Shown here in pieces: positions 44,336-53,609 of a DNA stretch of 64,000 bases. The first letter of the stretch is position 1, and every line of letters begins with the position of its first letter. A program made the translations under genes and the position numbers. The notes below the pieces were generated by a model. The model saw nothing but the letters and a program-made list of their open reading frames with translations. It did not search any database and was not told the DNA's origin. The stretch lies in the sequence record OR167180; one strand, given 5' to 3'. The stretch is from Escherichia phage MIZ4.

Positions 44336-44875
44336 ATGATTGAAGTAATTCATTACACCAAAGAAGATGAAATTTTATATAATAGACTACATGAACTATT
44401 TTATGAAGTTGACGGAAAGGTTTATAGAAGGTTCTCTCGTGGACGTTCTAAAGCCGGAAGTCTAGTTGGTGGATTGAAGATAAATCCATGTGGATATAGA
44501 TATTGGAGACTTGCTGTTGATGGTAAAGAGTTTCAGAGGTCTCATGTTGTTTATCATATGCATCACGGACACACTCCGAGAAAACCACTACAAATAGATC
44601 ATATTAACACAAACTCCCTTGACGACCGAGTTAGCAATTTAAGACCAGCAACCGTTACCCAACAAATGTACAACCAAAATAAACAATCCGATTGCACATC
44701 TTCATATATTGGTGTTAATTGGAATAAAAATTCCAAAAAATGGGAAGCTAGAATTAGAGCTAATGGAAAACGAATCCGTTTAGGTCTATTTGATAATGAA
44801 ATTGACGCTGCGATTGCCTATAACACCGCTGCATTATCTAGAGATTCAAAAGTTAACAAATTAAACAATGTATGA
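44336..44875 (+). CDS. HNH homing endonuclease with AP2-type DNA-binding domain
   Basis: HNH motif HVVYHMHHGHTP...IDHINTNSLDD and AP2-like YIGVNWNKNSKKWEARIRANGKRIRLGLFDNEIDAAIAYN; start set at ATG 44336 (SD GAGGGA 5 nt upstream); same architecture as ORF 3664-4218. Confidence 0.75.
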   Translation: MIEVIHYTKEDEILYNRLHELFYEVDGKVYRRFSRGRSKAGSLVGGLKINPCGYRYWRLAVDGKEFQRSHVVYHMHHGHTPRKPLQIDHINTNSLDDRVSNLRPATVTQQMYNQNKQSDCTSSYIGVNWNKNSKKWEARIRANGKRIRLGLFDNEIDAAIAYNTAALSRDSKVNKLNNV

Positions 44876-44890
44876 AGATGGGGGTGTTTA

Positions 44891-45184
44891 ATGGCTGGAT
44901 TATCCTACGATAAAGCTAAAACTACAGGGCACGGAAACTACCCACCTACTGTAATTAATGCAACTCAATCTAAGGTATTTGTTGAGGGTATCCCTGTATT
45001 AGTCGAAGGAGACCCAATTACACCACATACAAAAACAACAAAGCCTTATGATACACACGGGGGAACTACGGTCGCCAGTACCCCGAAAGTATTTGTTACC
45101 GGAAAGAAAGCAATTCAAATGGCAGATCGTATTAGCTGTGGCGATACCGTCGCTATGGCATCACCGAAGGTATTCATAAAATGA
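44891..45184 (+). CDS. 5.4: PAAR-repeat tail spike tip protein gp5.4
   Basis: 97 aa (same as T4 gp5.4); PAAR-like repeats [18 protein letters not shown]...[19 protein letters not shown]. Confidence 0.8.
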   Translation: MAGLSYDKAKTTGHGNYPPTVINATQSKVFVEGIPVLVEGDPITPHTKTTKPYDTHGGTTVASTPKVFVTGKKAIQMADRISCGDTVAMASPKVFIK

Positions 45185-47085
45185 CAAAGCAAAAGATTAC
45201 ACAAATTCCTGATATTTTTAATGCTGCTACATTCGATGAAATTAAAAGCGCATTAACAGACTGGATGAGAAACCAGGAAGAATTTAAAGATTTTGATTTT
45301 AATGGTGCTGGTATTAACGTATTGATGGACTTGCTCGCATATAATACCCTTTATATTCAGCAATTCGCCAACGCCGCGCTATATGAATCTTTTATCAGAA
45401 CGGCAATTAAGCGTAGTTCAGTTGTTCAAGCCGCGCAAGATTTAGGATATTTGCCAGCAAGTAAAACTAGTGCATCGACTACAATTATGTTGCATGTATC
45501 ACATCCGCGAAATCCGGCAAGTATTCGAATCCCACGAGGAACTAAATTTATTGCAAGTGTGGATCGCCAGACGTCTTATCCGTTTGTGACTACAGAAGAC
45601 GTTGTGAGCGTTTTAGGTTCAATTGGTTTATATACGCCTATGCTTAAAGTCGCACAAGGTCGTATTGTTCGTACAGAAATGTTATTTGATCCGAAGAAAC
45701 AAATTCTGATCCGCGATCCTGATATTGACCGCGCTCAGGTTAAGTTGTGGGTAGACGGCGCTGAATGGAAAGACTGGACGCGAGAAAGCATTGTTAATGC
45801 AACTGGCGCTAGTAATATTTTCTATATGCGTGAAACCGTAGACGGTCATACAGAAATCTTCTTTGGTGAGGGTGAATCAACTTTATCTGCTGCTGGCGGT
45901 GCACTGGAAGCAAATTATATTGGTGGACTTAAGCCGTCAACTGGCGCTAATATTGTTATCGAATATATCAGCACTAAAGGCGCGGAAGCAAACGGTTCAG
46001 TTAATTTCACATACGCGGATACCCTTGCATCTATCTCTATTGTTAAAATTATTGAGAATCCGACAAATGACCGTGATTATGTCGGTGCGGATGGTGGTGG
46101 TGATCCTGAATCAATCGAACGTATCCGTGAACTTGCTCCGGTAATGCGTGAATCTCAGCGTCGTTGTGTAACTGCTTCCGACTATGAGGCTTTTGTGTCT
46201 AGCCGTTTTGGTAGTATTGTTCAGGCGGTACAATGTTTCACCGACCGAGAAAAACCGGGTTATGCTTTTGTTGCTGTTAAGCCTAAATCTGGCTTGCGCT
46301 TGACAACCGTTCAAAAAGAAGATATGCGGGATTATCTGGCAAAATATAACCTTGCCCCTATCACGCCGAGCATCATTGACCCTAACTATCTGTATATTAA
46401 ACAGAATATTAAAGTTTCCTATTCAATCAACGACTTGTCAGAATCAGAGCAGTGGTTGCGCGGTGCGGTTATTGATCAGATTGATGCATATTATACCGAC
46501 GAAGTGGAAATTTTTAACCAGACCTTTAGTAAGTCTAAAATGCTTGCGCGTATTGACAAAGCTGATGTATCTGTGATAGGTTCTAGTGCAGAAATCGAGA
46601 TGGTGCGAGAGATCGACAACTTCTATAAAGCACCGATGGCTGGAATCAAGTTTTTAAACCAGTATAAGAGCGGAATCAAGTCTAGTTCATTCAACTTCGA
46701 AAAGGACGACAAGCAATATCCGATCCATTATGTAAGTACAGAAATGAACAAAGAATCCGGTTTAGCTAAATTGCTGGTTGGACCTTTCCCTGTTGATTCT
46801 ACAATCGCTTTACCGCACTATTCCGGCACTGATTTTGATAAAGAGGTTATCGACGGTGCGGACCTATACTTTGAGGTTGGAGAGGTTCAGCATTATGACG
46901 ACCTTATTTCATGGGATCTGGGTAAACTGAATATCAATAGCGATCGCTTTACTGGTTCATATATTGAGTTGACAGCTAAACCGATTGCTGATAACATCTT
47001 TACTAAAGACGGTTCTTTGATCGTGTTTGAAAACGATCTCCGTCCTCAGTACACAACTATTAGTCTGGAGGCAATTGCTCAATGA
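45181..47085 (+). CDS. 6: Baseplate wedge protein gp6
   Basis: [47 protein letters not shown] nearly identical to recalled T4 gp6. Confidence 0.93.
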   Translation: MTKQKITQIPDIFNAATFDEIKSALTDWMRNQEEFKDFDFNGAGINVLMDLLAYNTLYIQQFANAALYESFIRTAIKRSSVVQAAQDLGYLPASKTSASTTIMLHVSHPRNPASIRIPRGTKFIASVDRQTSYPFVTTEDVVSVLGSIGLYTPMLKVAQGRIVRTEMLFDPKKQILIRDPDIDRAQVKLWVDGAEWKDWTRESIVNATGASNIFYMRETVDGHTEIFFGEGESTLSAAGGALEANYIGGLKPSTGANIVIEYISTKGAEANGSVNFTYADTLASISIVKIIENPTNDRDYVGADGGGDPESIERIRELAPVMRESQRRCVTASDYEAFVSSRFGSIVQAVQCFTDREKPGYAFVAVKPKSGLRLTTVQKEDMRDYLAKYNLAPITPSIIDPNYLYIKQNIKVSYSINDLSESEQWLRGAVIDQIDAYYTDEVEIFNQTFSKSKMLARIDKADVSVIGSSAEIEMVREIDNFYKAPMAGIKFLNQYKSGIKSSSFNFEKDDKQYPIHYVSTEMNKESGLAKLLVGPFPVDSTIALPHYSGTDFDKEVIDGADLYFEVGEVQHYDDLISWDLGKLNINSDRFTGSYIELTAKPIADNIFTKDGSLIVFENDLRPQYTTISLEAIAQ

Positions 47086-50000
47086 TTAAAGCGCCTAGTG
47101 TAACTAGCTTGACAATAGAAAAATTGTCTGCTAATCAGGCGTATATCACATGGGATGACGTAGGCGAAAACTTCTTTTATTTTGTGGAGTTAGCCGAAAC
47201 CAGAACACGAGACGGGGAGATCATCCCCGTCGATGAGTTAAGCTGGGTAAACCTGGGATATACTGCCGAACAAAACTGGTTTGAGGATAAAAACCTTTTT
47301 CCAGAATATTATTACAAGTTTCGTGTAGCAGTAGCCGCAGAAGGATTTGAACAAAGTAAATGGGTTGAGACCGAAGAGTTTCAGACATTTAAAACAAACG
47401 CATATAATTTTTCTATGATGCGAGAGTTCAACCTTGCAAACGAGTTTATAAAGGAAAAATTTACATACGATAATCGAGAGTATGTCAAGTTTAATACCGA
47501 CCTTATTCAAGCATCATTGATGAAGGAAGATTTTGTCTTTAGTCCTGAATATGCAAACATGACAAATATCTCAAACTACATTGTAGTTGATGAGAACTTT
47601 CATGAAATACAGGACCACATAGAAAAAGTTTGTACTGATATAAACCGCACAATGTTAGCGGAAATGAACGGTGTTTTGTACCTTTTCGAACGGTTCCAGC
47701 CGATCGTGAAAGTGTCAAATGATAAAGGTCAATCATGGAAAGCATACAAGGCTTTTAATGATCGTGTAGGCAATCCGGTTTCCCGCACATGCGTTTATCA
47801 GTCTAAAACCACTACTTACGTTTTAGGATATGACCGAATCTTTTACGGACGACAAGCTAGCGATACTCGATGGAGCGCGGACGATGTTCGATTTAGTGAT
47901 GATACGATCACTTTTGCAAAGGTTGGTGACGAGAACGATTTAGGATTTGACGTTGAGGTCTTTGGTGTATTTTCCAGATTAACAGGGGACACCACAAAAT
48001 ACGCCGAAGCTATGGCGTGCAGTGATGACTATTTGTGGGTTGGTGCTAAAGATGTTATTCGCCGGATTCGTCTTAAGAATACTCCTGTTGATACCGTACA
48101 GGGTTCTCCTACGTTTGGAGAAAAAATATTCGATCCTGATGTTATCCGAGTAACAGGAAATGATAAAGCTGTCATTCAGAAAATGGATGTGATCGACGGT
48201 AAATTGCTTGTATTTGTTACTGGTGAAGTTAAACAGCGTTATCAAGATCCGACTAAACCTGAAAACGTTGTCCCGTCAGACGATGCGGGTGTATACTTAA
48301 TTGGGAGTGATGGTCTGTCTTTTCAGAGAGTATTTGGCAACACTCCGCAGGAAAGGGAATATATTCAGCATGGGTTCAGTAATATGTCAACAAACGGTGA
48401 TGAGGTGTTCATAAGCCATTATAATCATCACTTCGAAAGCATTTTACCAGATCCAGAAACTGCCGCGAAATATGAATTAAGCGAAGCTGTAAAATATTCT
48501 CAGGAGCCAACTTATCTAACTGATAAGAAAATACATCAAACTACTTTCAGAGCAAGTTATGATGATTTGCGTATTTGGGAATTAGGACCGCAAGCGTATT
48601 ATAATGAGGCTGATTATACATGGATGCGTCGAAACGGTGTTCGTGTATGGATCACAAATGATAATCGCCCGTTGGTTGTTTATCCAGAAGTTGTCTATAC
48701 GCAGGAAGTTGATACTTCCGGCATTCTTGATAAAAACAGAATTAACCGTGAAGTTTATGATAAAGGGACCGTGACCTGTTATCTTAACAATGTTAAATTT
48801 GAAGGATTCAAACAATATGCATCCGGTGTAATGTTCCATAAAAACACGGGGGAGATCATTGGGTTCTATCAATTTAACTATCGCGTTCGTGATCAGGTTG
48901 GTGTATATTGGAAACCTACAAATGTAGCATTTGTAGCTGAATTGCAAAATCAGGTTCGGGAGGTTCCCTGGGTTCCGGTTCACTACGATCGAGAGCAAGA
49001 TCCAGATTTGCGACCTTTACTGAATAAGATGACACCGGATAGCTTTTTACTTGAGAACGAAAATTTCAGAAAATTCTCTGAATATTATCTGCAATTCTTA
49101 AGTGATGGTTCAGGAACATATTATAATAAACTAAAAAATCTGATTAAAAACAAATATCCACGCGAGCAAGATGCATATGAGTATCTTTGGTCAGAGATGA
49201 ACAAACGAAACATCTATGCAGATAAAAACAAGCGAGATGCGGTCGTAAGATTCTTTGAATCCCGCAAATCAGATTTTTATTCCACTAAGGGCGTGGAGGC
49301 TTCTTACAAGTTCTTGTTTAAGTTACTTTATAATGAAGATGTGGAAATTGAGGTTGAATCACAAGCCGGACTAGAGTATGATATTGTTGTTAGTTCAACG
49401 AACATTGACGAGGATATCGTAGGTCGCACGATTTATACTCCAACCGGACGGGCTAACGTGACGTATCTTGAAAGGGAATATGAAGGTGGACGTCTACGCT
49501 GGCGAGTAACCATTCATAACCTGATCGGGCGGTTTGAAGAAGGTCAAGTGATCAAATCAGAGAAAACAGCGTTTGAGGGGATGATCCTTGTTGGTGTACG
49601 TGGTAAAGAGTTGTTGAGTAGTTCAATCGACTATATCAACCGCTCACGAAGCCAATACACCATGAAGATTAAAAGTGCATTGCCAGTTTCGCGCTATGCA
49701 AATGATGTAATGCGATTCGTTCATCCTGTCGGCTTTGGGTTTATCGGTGTTACCCTGCTTACGATGTTCATTAACAGTGGGTTGAGCATGAAGCACACCG
49801 AGACTATAATTCAATCTCTGAAAAATTATAAGTTTGACAGCGGATTGCCTAGCGTGTATCCTGATCGGGTGGCAGACCTTGACGTTGACGGAAACATTAA
49901 GAAAGACCCGCTTACCGGAAAAGCATTATACTTAACGTCACCGACAATGGGCGAAGAGTTCCCCGTTCCTCCTGAATATGATCAGGAGAACAGCGAATTG

Positions 50001-50168
50001 TTCCACGGACTTAAAGCAAGCGAACGAAGATTTGCAATGAGTCCACTGTTTGACCAGTCGGCGGTAACATTCTCTATGTTCCGTGAACTTGTAGATAAAC
50101 GGTTGAAGGATAATATAGGAAATCCACGCGATCCGAAGAATCCGACACAGAGGAAAATTAATGGCTAA
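47082..50168 (+). CDS. 7: Baseplate wedge initiator gp7
   Basis: 1028-aa ORF (T4 gp7 1032 aa) between gp6 and gp8 with overlapping start/stop codons. Confidence 0.88.
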   Translation: MIKAPSVTSLTIEKLSANQAYITWDDVGENFFYFVELAETRTRDGEIIPVDELSWVNLGYTAEQNWFEDKNLFPEYYYKFRVAVAAEGFEQSKWVETEEFQTFKTNAYNFSMMREFNLANEFIKEKFTYDNREYVKFNTDLIQASLMKEDFVFSPEYANMTNISNYIVVDENFHEIQDHIEKVCTDINRTMLAEMNGVLYLFERFQPIVKVSNDKGQSWKAYKAFNDRVGNPVSRTCVYQSKTTTYVLGYDRIFYGRQASDTRWSADDVRFSDDTITFAKVGDENDLGFDVEVFGVFSRLTGDTTKYAEAMACSDDYLWVGAKDVIRRIRLKNTPVDTVQGSPTFGEKIFDPDVIRVTGNDKAVIQKMDVIDGKLLVFVTGEVKQRYQDPTKPENVVPSDDAGVYLIGSDGLSFQRVFGNTPQEREYIQHGFSNMSTNGDEVFISHYNHHFESILPDPETAAKYELSEAVKYSQEPTYLTDKKIHQTTFRASYDDLRIWELGPQAYYNEADYTWMRRNGVRVWITNDNRPLVVYPEVVYTQEVDTSGILDKNRINREVYDKGTVTCYLNNVKFEGFKQYASGVMFHKNTGEIIGFYQFNYRVRDQVGVYWKPTNVAFVAELQNQVREVPWVPVHYDREQDPDLRPLLNKMTPDSFLLENENFRKFSEYYLQFLSDGSGTYYNKLKNLIKNKYPREQDAYEYLWSEMNKRNIYADKNKRDAVVRFFESRKSDFYSTKGVEASYKFLFKLLYNEDVEIEVESQAGLEYDIVVSSTNIDEDIVGRTIYTPTGRANVTYLEREYEGGRLRWRVTIHNLIGRFEEGQVIKSEKTAFEGMILVGVRGKELLSSSIDYINRSRSQYTMKIKSALPVSRYANDVMRFVHPVGFGFIGVTLLTMFINSGLSMKHTETIIQSLKNYKFDSGLPSVYPDRVADLDVDGNIKKDPLTGKALYLTSPTMGEEFPVPPEYDQENSELFHGLKASERRFAMSPLFDQSAVTFSMFRELVDKRLKDNIGNPRDPKNPTQRKING

Positions 50169-51156
50169 TGAAAATAGTGTGATCTATCGCTCAATCATTA
50201 CTAGCAAATTCAGAACAGAAAAACTTCTGAACTTCTATAATTCTGTAGGCGATGGAGCAAATCAAATTACAATTTATGGAACGTTTGGACGTTCGGAGCC
50301 GTGGTCAGAAAACGAAAAAGAGGTGGGCTTTGCCCCACCTTATCCGACCGATTCAACGGCTGGTGTTGTTGACATGTGGACCCATATGATGGGGGCGGTT
50401 AAGATTAACAAATCACTTCTTGATGCGGTTATCCCTCGTAAAGATTGGGGTGATACCGGACAGGATAACCCGCGCACGTTCTTTATCAATGACATTGTTG
50501 TCGTAAACTCAGCACCATATAACCGAACTGATGTTGGTAGCGGCTGGATGGTGTATCGCGTAACCGATGTTCCTGATCGCGGTTACTGCTCGATTTCAAG
50601 CATTGACGCTAAAGTAGAGTGTTTGAAGTTGGGCGGAAAGTGGACCCCCACTCATGAATCAATTGCGCCACCTGTAGGAAAGGGCGATTCTATTGATATG
50701 GGTGATGGGTATCGTTGGGAATATCTGTACACAATTCCACCTGATGCGGCGATCAACCGTTGCACCAATGAACATATTGTTGTACCGTTCCCCGATGAAC
50801 TGCGACAAGATCCGGCGCGTTGGGGCTATGACAATGTGATCACCTGGTATAATGACTATAATCTGCTTTATCGGCTGAAAGTAGTAACTTTGCGTTTTCA
50901 GGCTTATATGGACTCTGCGCAATTCCCAACTACCGCGTTAGTGGGTAATACTGGTTTCCGTCAGTTAAGCATTATCCTTAACCCATTGGAAAAGAAAGCA
51001 CGCCCTAGCGATCCAGACGTTAAAGCGGTCAAAGATAAGTACCGACCGCAAGACTTAGAGCCACACTCAGGCGAAATGATCTACATGGAAAACCGACAAC
51101 CTATCGTTCGGTCATTAGATCAAACAGAACTTGTTTCTGTATTGTTTGAGTTCTAA
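50161..51156 (+). CDS. 8: Baseplate wedge protein gp8
   Basis: SVIYRSIITSKFRTEKLLNFYNSVG, FGRSEPWSENEKEVGFAPPYPTDS, CLKLGGKWTP, SGEMIYMENRQPI match recalled T4 gp8. Confidence 0.95.
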   Translation: MANENSVIYRSIITSKFRTEKLLNFYNSVGDGANQITIYGTFGRSEPWSENEKEVGFAPPYPTDSTAGVVDMWTHMMGAVKINKSLLDAVIPRKDWGDTGQDNPRTFFINDIVVVNSAPYNRTDVGSGWMVYRVTDVPDRGYCSISSIDAKVECLKLGGKWTPTHESIAPPVGKGDSIDMGDGYRWEYLYTIPPDAAINRCTNEHIVVPFPDELRQDPARWGYDNVITWYNDYNLLYRLKVVTLRFQAYMDSAQFPTTALVGNTGFRQLSIILNPLEKKARPSDPDVKAVKDKYRPQDLEPHSGEMIYMENRQPIVRSLDQTELVSVLFEF

Positions 51157-51170
51157 GTGTATGATTTTAA

Positions 51171-51206
51171 AAGCCAATTCGAGAGAGTTGGCTTTTCCAT
51201 TTTTGG
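51171..51206 (+). terminator. Intrinsic terminator after gp8
   Basis: AAGCCAA-TTCGAGAGAG-TTGGCTT hairpin followed by TTCCATTTTTGG. Confidence 0.55.
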
Positions 51207-51208
51207 TG

Positions 51209-51236
51209 TTGACAATCTTATTTGGTAAGGTATAAT
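51209..51236 (+). promoter_or_regulatory. Near-consensus sigma70 (early) promoter driving the methyltransferase cassette
   Basis: TTGACA (51209-51214), 16-nt spacer, TATAAT (51231-51236), ~30 nt upstream of ATG 51266. Confidence 0.65.
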
Positions 51237-51265
51237 ACACACATCTAAACAACGGAGGATAAATT

Positions 51266-51523
51266 ATGGCACGTCGTAAATTTACAGATAATTGTGAAGC
51301 AATTCAGGTATCCCCTTGCGGTTGGGATGTGATCGCGAACGGTGAAAAGATTGGAGAGATCATCGATCATACTCATTCATCACTAGCCGATTACACCGAT
51401 GAACTATGGGAGGGTATCAACTTCATGAATGACACTAAACGATTCAAGACTATCGACGAAGCTATCTATTTTGTGTATAATCCAACTTTCGGTATGTGGG
51501 GAACTAGAAAATGGCACGCGTAA
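51266..51523 (+). CDS. Hypothetical protein (85 aa), first gene of inserted cassette
   Basis: ORF track; SD GGAGGA; starts MARRKF as do the next two genes. Confidence 0.55.
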   Translation: MARRKFTDNCEAIQVSPCGWDVIANGEKIGEIIDHTHSSLADYTDELWEGINFMNDTKRFKTIDEAIYFVYNPTFGMWGTRKWHA

Positions 51524-51840
51524 ATATTAAACTGCATTATACAATGGGTAAACCAAAACATCCAATGCATAAAGTGTTTTGGGGCTTGCATCTTCAAGAA
51601 AAATGGCATGATAACTATTGGTTTTGTGACCATGATAAGAAGTGGCATTCTCAAGATGAAGTTAATGCGATGATGGAACAGGGTATCAAATTTAATTACT
51701 CTAATTATGACCATAGCATTACTTGTATTCGAAAATTGAAACGGTTTATTCGAAAGAATCCGCAATTTAAAAACTTTGTGTTCTTTATGTCTCATGTTTA
51801 TTTGGGGCATAGCGTTACCGTAACAGTAAAGGTTAAATAA
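51511..51840 (+). CDS. Hypothetical His/Trp-rich protein (109 aa), second gene of inserted cassette
   Basis: ORF track; overlapping start/stop with neighbours. Confidence 0.55.
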   Translation: MARVNIKLHYTMGKPKHPMHKVFWGLHLQEKWHDNYWFCDHDKKWHSQDEVNAMMEQGIKFNYSNYDHSITCIRKLKRFIRKNPQFKNFVFFMSHVYLGHSVTVTVKVK

Positions 51841-52679
51841 TGGCACGACTTTCTAAACAAGAGCAAAAATTACACGATCGGGCGATGGAGTTGATTAATT
51901 CAGATCGTCCATTGACATTTGAAGAAAAAGAATTTTGCTATAACAACTATCATGGCGATGGACTAGGTGGTTCCGGTGCATTCTTTACCCCAGAATGGCT
52001 TGCCTGGGATTTTACCATTGATGCATATTGCACCGGAAAAGTATTAGATCTTTGTGCGGGGATCGGTCGCTTATCTTTTTGTATGTTACATCGTTGTAAG
52101 CCAGAAAAGATCGTATGCGTCGAACTCAATCCAGAATTTGCGCGGATTGGCAAGCGACTATTACCGGAGGCAGAATGGATCACCAGCGATGTATTCGAAT
52201 TTGAGTCAAACGAAAAATTCGATGTGGTGATCAGCAATCCACCTTTCGGTAAAATCAATACTACAGACACAAAGGATGTATTTGAATATACTGGCGGTGA
52301 GTTTGAATTTAAGGTTATGACGTTAGGCCAGAAGTTTGCCGATGTAGGTTATTTTATTGTTCCTGCTAGTTCCGCTGGGTTTGCTTATTCCGGCAGACCT
52401 TATTATGATGAATCAGTGAAGTCTAATAAATATCTAAAATGGAGCAAACAAACTGGTTTGGTGACTTACGCCGGATGTGGGATCGATACATCAATCTATC
52501 GCGATGAATGGCATAGTACCAACGTTTTAACAGAAGTGGTTGAGGTTCGGTATTACGAGAAAGAAGCCGTAGAAGCGCCTAAATCACGTCCCAACGAACA
52601 AATAGAAGAAAGTAAGGAGATTACCTTACCGAAACAGGAAAGCGAGTCTGGGACGCTCTCAGATTTGTTTGACATTTAA
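51840..52679 (+). CDS. Gamma-class amino-methyltransferase (probable DNA N6-adenine MTase), orphan
   Basis: Motif X GAFFTPEWL, motif I VLDLCAGIGRLS, motif IV VISNPPFG in X-I-IV order; no adjacent specificity or restriction subunit. Confidence 0.7.
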   Translation: MARLSKQEQKLHDRAMELINSDRPLTFEEKEFCYNNYHGDGLGGSGAFFTPEWLAWDFTIDAYCTGKVLDLCAGIGRLSFCMLHRCKPEKIVCVELNPEFARIGKRLLPEAEWITSDVFEFESNEKFDVVISNPPFGKINTTDTKDVFEYTGGEFEFKVMTLGQKFADVGYFIVPASSAGFAYSGRPYYDESVKSNKYLKWSKQTGLVTYAGCGIDTSIYRDEWHSTNVLTEVVEVRYYEKEAVEAPKSRPNEQIEESKEITLPKQESESGTLSDLFDI

Positions 52680-52683
52680 TTAT

Positions 52684-52709
52684 AAGCCGTCCTTGTGGGC
52701 GGCTTTTTT
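52684..52709 (+). terminator. Intrinsic terminator closing the methyltransferase cassette
   Basis: AAGCCG-TCCTTGTGGG-CGGCTT hairpin followed by TTTTTT. Confidence 0.65.
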
Positions 52710-52719
52710 GTATGTATTT

Positions 52720-52727
52720 TATAAATA
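52720..52727 (+). promoter_or_regulatory. T4-type late promoter box TATAAATA upstream of gp9
   Basis: Exact TATAAATA ~28 nt upstream of gp9 ATG at 52755. Confidence 0.6.
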
Positions 52728-52754
52728 ATACATCATAACATGAGGAATTAAACA

Positions 52755-53609
52755 ATGGCACAAGTTCCAAAGAAAAGAATAGACACAGGTACTGTCGGCA
52801 ATCCATCGACTGGCGATATCTTATATGATGGCGGTAATAAAATTAACGATAACTTTGATTCAATATATGACGCATTTGCTGATCAACGGTTTAAAGACGT
52901 AGACCACGGCGTAGGAAGAATGGTTATTCATGCAACCGGATACTATCAGAAACATCCACGTCAAAGCTACGCTGGGTCCGCTGTTGAGATTGGGAGTCTA
53001 CACGATATCGATACAACTCAAGGCGCACTTATTGCTATTCTACCTAAAGCAAAGGTTGGTGAGGGTGTTGTATTCATAAATAGTAACGGTAGCTTTTCAA
53101 CGACGACACCGCTCAATATTAGAACTCAAGCAGGTGATTCTATTAGCGGGTATTCCGGTGATGCTATAATAACACAACCATTTTCAAAAGTCACTGTTTG
53201 GTGTACTGCCGTTGAAGGTAGTCGCGTAACATGGCGATTGGGTATCGAAAGTATGTTTACCGATACAACAACGCCATTAGATAAAACAGTTAACGTAACT
53301 GGAGTAGCAACAAACGTTGCTATTTCCGCAAAAACAGAATACGTTTCCATCAAATTATTAACTACCGCTAGCAATACATCCGGTTCAAAAATGCGTTCAA
53401 GTGAAACGCTACTGATGATTGATTCTAAAGCCGGAAAAGTTTATGCGACGGAATATGCAGTTTTGCAGAAGACAGAAGATGAGCTATACACGGTTCGTTA
53501 TTTCATCGGTTCCGGCGATAAAGTATATGCAGAGTATAAGGCTACTGGCGAAAATATTCGTTTAGCAGTTAAAGCCGTAGACACTATTAAAATCGGGGTT
53601 GCTACATGA
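52755..53609 (+). CDS. 9: Baseplate wedge tail-fibre connector gp9
   Basis: KKRIDTGTVGNPSTGDILYDGGNKINDNFDSIYDAF, IHATGYYQKH, NSNGSFSTTTPLNI match recalled T4 gp9. Confidence 0.93.
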   Translation: MAQVPKKRIDTGTVGNPSTGDILYDGGNKINDNFDSIYDAFADQRFKDVDHGVGRMVIHATGYYQKHPRQSYAGSAVEIGSLHDIDTTQGALIAILPKAKVGEGVVFINSNGSFSTTTPLNIRTQAGDSISGYSGDAIITQPFSKVTVWCTAVEGSRVTWRLGIESMFTDTTTPLDKTVNVTGVATNVAISAKTEYVSIKLLTTASNTSGSKMRSSETLLMIDSKAGKVYATEYAVLQKTEDELYTVRYFIGSGDKVYAEYKATGENIRLAVKAVDTIKIGVAT

